Position numbers and translations under genes: made by a program. Of a stretch of DNA of 37,411 nt, positions 30,582-37,411 are shown one piece after another. Numbering within the stretch: the first letter of the stretch is position 1; each line of letters opens with the position of its first letter. Source of the stretch: a virus; IMG/VR virus record IMGVR_UViG_3300002301_000006, positions 1-37,411 of that record; one strand, written 5' to 3'. Below the pieces are notes generated by a model that did no database searches, had not been told where the DNA came from, and saw only the letters and a program-made list of their open reading frames with translations.

Positions 30582-31835
30582 ATGAGCTTTTCGGGCAATA
30601 GCTTTAACACTACACAATATATCTTGGACGAAACATTCGTTCGCTTCATAAACTACCTAAACTTCGCCAAAGTTGCCAATCGCAATTTAGAAGGTGATTT
30701 TAAAGGCTTAAAATACGCAACTGGCCAAACTATTAACTATCGTTTAGAAGAAAGATATCTAGGCGGCTACGGTGCAACGGCTACCTCTGAGGCTCGCGTC
30801 CAAGTTGTCAGGCCATTAACCATTGATACTCAGTTTCACACTATGGTCGAATTCTCTGGTTTTGAGCTGACTTTCGACCGCGCACGCGATCAACCATATC
30901 TTGATATGATGTTGAATCCACGCGCTAAGCGCTTGGCTAATATGGTCGAGCAGTTTATTGCGTCAACCAACTTCCAGACTTCCGTATATCAAGCATACGG
31001 TACTCCTGGTGTTGCCATTGATCAAAATACCGTGTTCCAAACTGACGCTTACATGACTCAATTGGCGATCCCTGAAGATGGCAACCGCTATTGGGCGAAC
31101 CCGCCAGCCGTATCTGCTACCTTGACCAATGCACTGTTCAATGTGTTTAACGCTACTGTTAACCGTGGCGCATTGCTCGATGGCTTTGTCGGTCACTTGT
31201 CTGGCTTTGATTTCTTCAAAACCAACTTTTTACAAAGACAAATTGCTGGCGTGACAGGCGCAACAGGTGGTACTCCTCCGACTGGTTATAGCGCTGCTGG
31301 CGTTGTGACCAATGGCCCCATTACTGGTGGTAATACCATTGTAGTTTCAGGCTGGACAGCATCAACGGGCGCATTAAATGTTGGTGACACCATTACTATT
31401 GACGCCGCTTCGGGTGTGTTTATGGTCAACCCATTGACTTATGAACCTTTGGCGCAAACCGCGCAATTCGTGGTGACAGCTCCGGTTGTTGCCGATAGTG
31501 GTGGCAATGCAACCATCAGTGTTAACCCAACCATTGTTATTAGTGGCGCTCGTCAAAATATCTCTGCTGCAATTCCAAATGGTGCGCAGCTATATAGAGC
31601 AAATAGCCATAATGTTTCGATGGCCTTTCATAACCAGGCAATCGTTTTTGCCGCTCCTCCAATCAAAGAATTGAAGGGTGGTGTTGAAGCTGTTACTTCA
31701 TATAGTGACTTGTACAAAATGGCTATGACTTACTCGTTAGGTGCTGATATCCGCAACTATGTGCAATTAGATCGTATTGACATAATCGCAGGTGTTGCAA
31801 TCAATCCAGAGTTTGCCGTGATCGTTATGTCTTAA
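30582..31835 (+). CDS. Major capsid (coat) protein, P22-like
   Basis: 417 aa. By-eye similarity to P22 gp5 in RAKRLANMVEQFIAS, GDTITIDAASG...AQFVVT and the C-terminal IIAGVAINPEFAVIV. Followed by a strong terminator. Confidence 0.8.
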   Translation: MSFSGNSFNTTQYILDETFVRFINYLNFAKVANRNLEGDFKGLKYATGQTINYRLEERYLGGYGATATSEARVQVVRPLTIDTQFHTMVEFSGFELTFDRARDQPYLDMMLNPRAKRLANMVEQFIASTNFQTSVYQAYGTPGVAIDQNTVFQTDAYMTQLAIPEDGNRYWANPPAVSATLTNALFNVFNATVNRGALLDGFVGHLSGFDFFKTNFLQRQIAGVTGATGGTPPTGYSAAGVVTNGPITGGNTIVVSGWTASTGALNVGDTITIDAASGVFMVNPLTYEPLAQTAQFVVTAPVVADSGGNATISVNPTIVISGARQNISAAIPNGAQLYRANSHNVSMAFHNQAIVFAAPPIKELKGGVEAVTSYSDLYKMAMTYSLGADIRNYVQLDRIDIIAGVAINPEFAVIVMS

Positions 31836-31844
31836 TGTCGCATT

Positions 31845-31878
31845 GGCCGTCCGTCTCACCCACTGACGGCCTTTTTTT
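31845..31878 (+). terminator. Rho-independent terminator or attenuator after the coat gene
   Basis: GGCCGTC (31845-31851) pairs with GACGGCC (31865-31871), followed by TTTTTTT (31872-31878). Confidence 0.8.
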
Positions 31879-31887
31879 GAGGTAAGC

Positions 31888-32139
31888 ATGAATCAATTGA
31901 AAAGTTCAGCGGGCTTGCAAAGCAAGGTCGTGAATATCAAGAAAGAAGACCAATTTGAGTATTTAGGACGCTGGGTGAATAAAAGCACTTTCCGGGCGTT
32001 TGTTTATGATAGAGAAGGCAACGAAACACTAGCCAGTTCGTATGAAAATTACGAAAAGTTAATCTCAAGCGGCATTTGGTTCGCGGTTAAACCTGAGGTT
32101 TCCATCAAGAGGAAACAGAAAGATGGCGCAAACAGTTAA
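31888..32139 (+). CDS. Hypothetical protein (83 aa)
   Basis: GAGG lies upstream of the ATG. It overlaps the next gene by 17 nt. Confidence 0.6.
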   Translation: MNQLKSSAGLQSKVVNIKKEDQFEYLGRWVNKSTFRAFVYDREGNETLASSYENYEKLISSGIWFAVKPEVSIKRKQKDGANS

Positions 32140-32842
32140 CGAGTTTTTGCAAGATTCGTATCAGCTCATCAGCGCGAACAGTCCGACTGTGCCGTTATAT
32201 GGGAATGATGCTAGCAAGGGTTTGCAGATATTAAATGAGCTAATTGCATTTTATGGCTCAAGTTCTTTGCTGCTGCCTATTGCCAGAAAAATAAATTTTA
32301 CGCTTCCGATTGGTCAACTGTTTGTGACATTTGCAGATGCGGCGCATATTCCTGCGCCCAACGTAGCGCAAGGCAGATTAACTAATTTAGAGCGAGCATG
32401 GCTATCATTGGACGGCGTAGATTATCCGCTAATCAATGAAGATCGCGGGGTCTTTTTTGGTAGTTATAAATATTTCCCTCAACTTGGCTTGCCTCGTTTT
32501 GTGATTATCACTAATGATTTAGACGTGACAACCATGCAATTTTATCCAGGGCCATCGCAGCAATATGAGGTATGGGTGTATGGCAAGTTTGCACTACCTA
32601 CCTTGACGCTAACATCATTAATGTCTTTATTGCCCGCTTATTCACAACGATTCTTTAAATTCGCTGTGGCGAGGGATTTGGCATATTACAAGGGTCGATC
32701 ATCGGCTTGGACTGAAAAGCTAGAGGCGATGTATCAAGAAATGGTTGACCAGATTGAATCTGTCTCAACGATAGATTTAGCAATAGACACGGCTGATGAA
32801 AGCTATCTAAACGGTTCATGGCGATTGAGGGCAGGAATCTGA
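32123..32842 (+). CDS. Head-to-tail adaptor candidate (position of P22 gp4), 239 aa
   Basis: Assigned from gene order only. It lies between the coat gene and the gp10-like gene. Confidence 0.4.
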   Translation: MAQTVNEFLQDSYQLISANSPTVPLYGNDASKGLQILNELIAFYGSSSLLLPIARKINFTLPIGQLFVTFADAAHIPAPNVAQGRLTNLERAWLSLDGVDYPLINEDRGVFFGSYKYFPQLGLPRFVIITNDLDVTTMQFYPGPSQQYEVWVYGKFALPTLTLTSLMSLLPAYSQRFFKFAVARDLAYYKGRSSAWTEKLEAMYQEMVDQIESVSTIDLAIDTADESYLNGSWRLRAGI

Positions 32843-32900
32843 GCCGGTATTGTAGCGTTATAGCTGCGGTTCTACCCAATAGAATTTGGAAAATTAAATA

Positions 32901-34742
32901 ATGTTTTCAGGAAAAGAAGATTTTAAAATAGAAACCCTCCCCATTGTAGGTGGTTACAATGTGCAGCGTTTCACGCAATTTTCGCCTGAGGATTCTGCCA
33001 ATTGGACGGTTTATAAAGCCAAGAATGCCAAGAAAGAGTATGCCATGTATCCGACTTTAGGTCGGGCGCATATAAAACACAATGGCATTAATCAATTTAT
33101 TTATGGTTCACAGCCTAGATCGGTGTTTAAGAGTATTAAATTTCACTATGCGATTGATGGCAATTCTATTTATCGAGTGGATGATCAATATAATAAAATT
33201 CAGATTTCAGGTTCTCAGGTCACGACTATCGCAGGCACGATGTATTTTGCTTATCTGGTGGTGAATGCTTTAGTTTTTGCTTGTTTTGTTGACGGCCAGA
33301 ATATTTATGTCTATCAAGAAGACACGGGCGTGCCAGGCAATACAGGAGCATTTTTCACAGTTACCGACCCAAATGCACCTGGTAGATTTACAGTGAATGG
33401 AATGCAAACTAAGCCTGGCTATATTGCGGCGTTTGGCAATCGCATTGTTGTGTCAGTTGCAAATAGCTCGCAGTTCGTTTTGTCAGTCATTAATTTATTG
33501 AGCAATGGCGTATTTAATCCTGCCACTTGCTTTACAGGGGCGACTGGCCAGATATTCGCGCAAGAAGACGGCATTATTCGTCAAATGGGTGTCTTGAATA
33601 ATACGCTTTATATTTTTACTGATTTCATTACGGGCGTTTGGTCGAATATTGCCGCTGTCTTTCCTGTGACGGGCGTTTCATTTCCCTGGAAAAAGAACTC
33701 AACTTATAATTGGAATTTTGGAATTGCCAACCCGAAATCATTAGATATTGATTTTGGCTTAATGGTTTTCTTGGCGCAAAACAGCGATGGTTTATTGCAA
33801 TTCATGAAAAGTAATGGCGGGCAACCTGAAAAAATAAGTGATGAGGCAATCGATGTATTATTGCAGCGTTATGTAAATAGATTAGGTAATGATAATCCAT
33901 TTTTAGTTGAAAACTCAAATGGGTTTTTATTCCAATACGAGAATAAAATACTTTACCGCATGTCGGGTGGCGATTATGTTGATTATCAGATTTTAGATCA
34001 AGAACAAGATGCAAATTCTATTGAATTTGATTTTGATACTGAAACCTGGCATCGAGTTATTGAATTAAATGGCAATAGAAACCGCGTACAGTTGCATGTT
34101 TATTTTAACAATATGCACTTAGTAACTGTAACAGGCGATAACACTATATATAATATGTCAGGTGATTATTACTATAACGAAATAAGAAATCCCAATCAGC
34201 CAGACGGCCAAGCGGCTGATGCTTATTTAGCTTATCCATTCCGCTATGAGCGAAATACGCCGATCATTTATGAGAAAGATTATTCAGAATTTGAAACCGA
34301 ATATGCGCAAATTGATTTTGTATTTGGTCAAAGTATTTTGAATTATTCGGTATCGCCATTTTTGAATGCGGTGTTTATTGTTAGTGAGCAATCAACGCCG
34401 AGCGCTCCTATCTATATTATTGATGAGCAATTAGATGCTAGCGGTCAACCTGTTTTCATGCTCACAGAAAATAGCAATACACCTATGATCACGGATTTGA
34501 TTTATAACTATTTGCTAAATCCTAGCATTATGCTGTATTGGTCAGATGATGGCGGCGTGTCATTTAATTCAGCCGATAACTTACAGTTTTCGCAAATGGG
34601 GGTTTATCAGTGGCGTATGCGCTGGTATCAGCTCGGATGTTCGCGCAATAGGGTTTATCGATTGGTGTGCGTCAGTTTTGTTCCGATTGTGATTTTGGGC
34701 GCTGTAATGAATGTTAGGAGGGTGAGCGGTGGCGCAAATTAA
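32901..34742 (+). CDS. Tail hub / packaged-DNA stabilisation protein, P22 gp10-like (613 aa)
   Basis: Gene order supports it. The C-terminus YQWRMRWYQLGCSRNRVYRLVCVSFVPIVILGAVMNV resembles the P22 gp10 C-terminus VLWKRVGRIRRLIGFKLRVITKSPVTLSG, from memory. Confidence 0.5.
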   Translation: MFSGKEDFKIETLPIVGGYNVQRFTQFSPEDSANWTVYKAKNAKKEYAMYPTLGRAHIKHNGINQFIYGSQPRSVFKSIKFHYAIDGNSIYRVDDQYNKIQISGSQVTTIAGTMYFAYLVVNALVFACFVDGQNIYVYQEDTGVPGNTGAFFTVTDPNAPGRFTVNGMQTKPGYIAAFGNRIVVSVANSSQFVLSVINLLSNGVFNPATCFTGATGQIFAQEDGIIRQMGVLNNTLYIFTDFITGVWSNIAAVFPVTGVSFPWKKNSTYNWNFGIANPKSLDIDFGLMVFLAQNSDGLLQFMKSNGGQPEKISDEAIDVLLQRYVNRLGNDNPFLVENSNGFLFQYENKILYRMSGGDYVDYQILDQEQDANSIEFDFDTETWHRVIELNGNRNRVQLHVYFNNMHLVTVTGDNTIYNMSGDYYYNEIRNPNQPDGQAADAYLAYPFRYERNTPIIYEKDYSEFETEYAQIDFVFGQSILNYSVSPFLNAVFIVSEQSTPSAPIYIIDEQLDASGQPVFMLTENSNTPMITDLIYNYLLNPSIMLYWSDDGGVSFNSADNLQFSQMGVYQWRMRWYQLGCSRNRVYRLVCVSFVPIVILGAVMNVRRVSGGAN

Positions 34743-35103
34743 TTTTGAACCTCTTGACCCACCTATCATTGAGCAAACGCAATTTGGCGATGACATGAAT
34801 CGCTGGATAACAAATATCGTTGACATTATCAACGCGAATTTTACAACCGTTAGCAATGCGTTAGTGAGTTTGATAGCAGTTGGTCAAATAGATGTTGGCG
34901 GTTCGGGTGCAGGCCCTATTACGGTGACCGTAGCAGGATTAAATAGTAGTAATTTTGTTAATGTTACGCTAATTAGTTCGAGTAATTCGGTTAGTGTCGC
35001 ATTAGTGACGGCGATAACAAATGGCTTTAATATAACATTTAGTGCTGACCCTGGTGCATCCGCAGTGATTGCTTACCAGGCGTTTACATCGCAGCCACAG
35101 TAG
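34729..35103 (+). CDS. Hypothetical virion protein (124 aa) in the tail plug/needle position
   Basis: GTG start 8 nt after AGGAGG. No sequence resemblance to P22 gp26 was recognised. Confidence 0.5.
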   Translation: MAQINFEPLDPPIIEQTQFGDDMNRWITNIVDIINANFTTVSNALVSLIAVGQIDVGGSGAGPITVTVAGLNSSNFVNVTLISSSNSVSVALVTAITNGFNITFSADPGASAVIAYQAFTSQPQ

Positions 35104-35113
35104 GAGTTTAGCA

Positions 35114-35788
35114 ATGGGTATTTTTGACAGCATTGAAAATGGTATTGAAAAATTTACTCCTGGCGGCGGGATGATGCACAGCTTTTTGCATCCAGAGGAA
35201 GGTTATCAAGAAGCACAAAAAGCCACTGAAAAAGGATGGAATGAAGCTAAAGGATTCGGCACGCCTTATTGGCAGCATGGCTTAGATACTTATGAAGGCT
35301 TGAAGAAAGCATTTGAATCACTACTAAATCCTGAAAAGTTAGAGAATGATTGGGCGAGTGGTTATGAGAAATCACCTTATGCACGTCAAGAGTTAGCAGA
35401 AAATCAAGAGAATGGTTTGAACGCTGCAAGTAGCATGGGATTGATGGGAAGTAGCGGCGCTTTGGGTAATATTCAAAAAGGTGCTGGTAATATTGTTGCG
35501 GCTGATAGACAGAATTATTTAAGAGATATAATGGAAAAATACATGCAGGGTATTGGTTTGGGCGGTAATATTTATGGAACTGGCGCGAGTATGGGTGCGC
35601 ACCTAGGCGATTTAGCAACGCGTGCAGGCGAAAATCAAGCGGGTTTACGTTTTGGCGCTAAGAATGCGCCTGGTGAATTATTAGGACATTTACTAGGGGG
35701 CGCTACTTCGGCCGCATCTAATATGGCGGCTCCTGGAAGTGGCAGCTTAATGGGGAATACTAATCAATTTAACGTGGGAGGGGGTTAA
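35114..35788 (+). CDS. Ejection/internal virion protein candidate (224 aa)
   Basis: TAGGAG lies 7 nt before ATG 35114. The protein is Gly/Ala-rich and the call rests on position. Confidence 0.5.
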   Translation: MGIFDSIENGIEKFTPGGGMMHSFLHPEEGYQEAQKATEKGWNEAKGFGTPYWQHGLDTYEGLKKAFESLLNPEKLENDWASGYEKSPYARQELAENQENGLNAASSMGLMGSSGALGNIQKGAGNIVAADRQNYLRDIMEKYMQGIGLGGNIYGTGASMGAHLGDLATRAGENQAGLRFGAKNAPGELLGHLLGGATSAASNMAAPGSGSLMGNTNQFNVGGG

Positions 35789-35790
35789 TC

Positions 35791-36678
35791 ATGCCTGTCA
35801 CTGGCCCGATCCCATTACCAGGCGCGCCTGGCGAATCTTTTTTAAAAGGTGCATCCGGTGTTCAATCACTTTTTGATTCAATGGCGCAAAATAGATTGCA
35901 TCAAGCTCAAGCACGCAAGTCAGATGTATTGAGTCAGTTACTAGAAGGTTTGCAATCTCAAGGGGGCGGTATTCCTGGCGGTCAATCGGATATCAATAAA
36001 GCTATTTTAGCATCAAGTATGCTAGGCATTAAACCAGTTGAAGCGAATGGAAAAATATATACCGGATTTGGAACTTTCGATATTAATGAAAGCGCACAGC
36101 AAAAAAGAGAGGGCGAAACTAATCAAGCGTTGAAGCAAAAAGTAGCTGAAACGAATTTAAAAACGGCTGGCGATTATGAAAAACACGCATTATCTTTAAA
36201 GAATTTAGATGATATTTATGGAGAGATGGATAAACTTTTAAAGAAAAATCCTAGCTTAACTGGGAAATTGAAGGGCGGCCTAGCAAAACTAGACCTTTCC
36301 AGTGATCCAGATTTAGCGGCTTTTCAAGAATTAACTACTAAAGCCCAAGGTGAACTTGCAAAATTAGCGGCTGGTTCTAAAACAGGTATAGGTTCTATCA
36401 ATTGGGTAGCCACTGGTAAACCAGGAATTAGCAAACCTGGAAATTATAATATCGGAATGATTAATCAAAGCCGAAAAGATATCCGAAAAGAACATGAGTT
36501 AATGAGGAAATTATATAAAAAGACTTCTGGTAATGAGTTAGATATCAATTTATCGCCTACTGGCGAAGATGAAAAAAATGATTTAGATAAAATGGCGCAA
36601 GATGCTATTGCGCAAGGTGCGCCACGCGAAGCTGTAATGCAGGAATTAGCTAGAATAAAAGCGGAAGGGGTAAAATAA
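35791..36678 (+). CDS. Ejection/internal virion protein candidate (295 aa)
   Basis: Contiguous with its neighbours. TAATG junction with the next gene. Confidence 0.5.
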   Translation: MPVTGPIPLPGAPGESFLKGASGVQSLFDSMAQNRLHQAQARKSDVLSQLLEGLQSQGGGIPGGQSDINKAILASSMLGIKPVEANGKIYTGFGTFDINESAQQKREGETNQALKQKVAETNLKTAGDYEKHALSLKNLDDIYGEMDKLLKKNPSLTGKLKGGLAKLDLSSDPDLAAFQELTTKAQGELAKLAAGSKTGIGSINWVATGKPGISKPGNYNIGMINQSRKDIRKEHELMRKLYKKTSGNELDINLSPTGEDEKNDLDKMAQDAIAQGAPREAVMQELARIKAEGVK

Positions 36679-37411
36679 TGTCCTCTAATCGAAATCCATT
36701 CGCTCATTTAATACCGCAAACCAATAGTGGTATTGTTGGACTAGAAGATGACGATTCGGATATCGACTATTGGAAAAATAGAGGAAAATCCCAAGCTGAT
36801 CGCAATAGAAAGATTTATGCTAATGCTGGCAATCCAAATCCTATTCAGTCAGAAACGCCACAAAATGCACCGATGCAAAATCAAAATCCTTTCAGTCATT
36901 TGATACCAAAAAATGCGGGAATGACTAATCAGGCAGCCACAAATCAAGCGCCTGAAAATATGCCAACTTGGTTAAAGGCTTTATTAAAATTGCCTGTTGA
37001 ATTAGGTAGACCAGACCGCGAAGCCATACCGGAAAGATTAGCGGCGACAGGTCGCGGATTTCACAATGTTGGCAAAGGATTAAAGCAACTTTATTTAGAG
37101 GCTTTTGGGGGTCAAAATGAGGCGGCTGACTATACCAGGCAGCAAGAAGCGGAAACGAAATCCTGGGAAAAAACACCTGCTGGTAAAAATCCATTTAATC
37201 AGATTTATACAAGTGGCGCTGAAGCGACTCCTGGCTTATTGCCGATTGGTGGGGTCGCTGGTATGGCTGGCAAGGGGTTGTTAAAGCAGATGCTTGCTGG
37301 TGCAGCCGGAACAGGCGCTCTTGCTGGCACGCAATATGTGCCGCCTGGTGAAGATCGAGGAGCAAACGTACTCGAGGGCGCAACAGTGGGAGCCTTAGTT
37401 CCCGCCGCCTT
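36678..37411 (+). CDS. N-terminal part of the wrap-around internal virion protein, continuing at base 80
   Basis: ATG 36678, frame open to the end of the window. Contains the duplicated motif NPFAHLIP / NPFSHLIP. Confidence 0.7.
   Translation, partial: MSSNRNPFAHLIPQTNSGIVGLEDDDSDIDYWKNRGKSQADRNRKIYANAGNPNPIQSETPQNAPMQNQNPFSHLIPKNAGMTNQAATNQAPENMPTWLKALLKLPVELGRPDREAIPERLAATGRGFHNVGKGLKQLYLEAFGGQNEAADYTRQQEAETKSWEKTPAGKNPFNQIYTSGAEATPGLLPIGGVAGMAGKGLLKQMLAGAAGTGALAGTQYVPPGEDRGANVLEGATVGALVPAA
37333..37411. repeat. Terminal direct repeat copy 2, identical to 1-79
   Basis: Exact 79-nt identity with the window start. Confidence 0.95.

Overview
The window is a complete, circularly closed genome of an AT-rich tailed phage. 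Bases 1-79 are identical to 37333-37411, so the unique length is 37,332 bp, and one ORF reads through that junction. Late-gene order follows the P22 pattern: terS, terL, portal, scaffold, coat, gp4-like, gp10-like, three ejection-like proteins, then a tailspike and two repeat-built fibres. Family names here are recalled from motifs, not from searches. Other modules are a Sak4-like ATPase with an SSB ending in DSDIPF, a VirE-family primase/helicase abutting an iteron array, a VRR-NUC nuclease and a T4-type lysozyme. There are also about 16 small early ORFs on the minus strand and one tRNA-Pro(UGG). I see no integrase, DNA polymerase, reverse transcriptase, CRISPR array or rRNA. The items most worth follow-up are these. 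(1) A 268-codon intein with a LAGLIDADG-like motif splits the TerL P-loop. (2) A roughly 350-nt G+C-rich, ORF-poor, helix-dense block lies near the tRNA, and I cannot assign it to any RNA family. (3) Eleven copies of GGTTACCCTG/CAGGGTAACC form a putative origin. (4) About 4.9 kb of accessory genes is inserted between scaffold and coat; it includes a reverse-strand cassette with an SPFH lipoprotein, an orphan PRPP-synthetase N-domain-like protein and an Endo VII-type HNH. (5) A self-contained promoter-gene-terminator unit between terS and terL encodes a protein sharing the N-terminal domain of the long fibre. (6) Two divergent promoter regions have overlapping -35 palindromes and share a 13-nt box.
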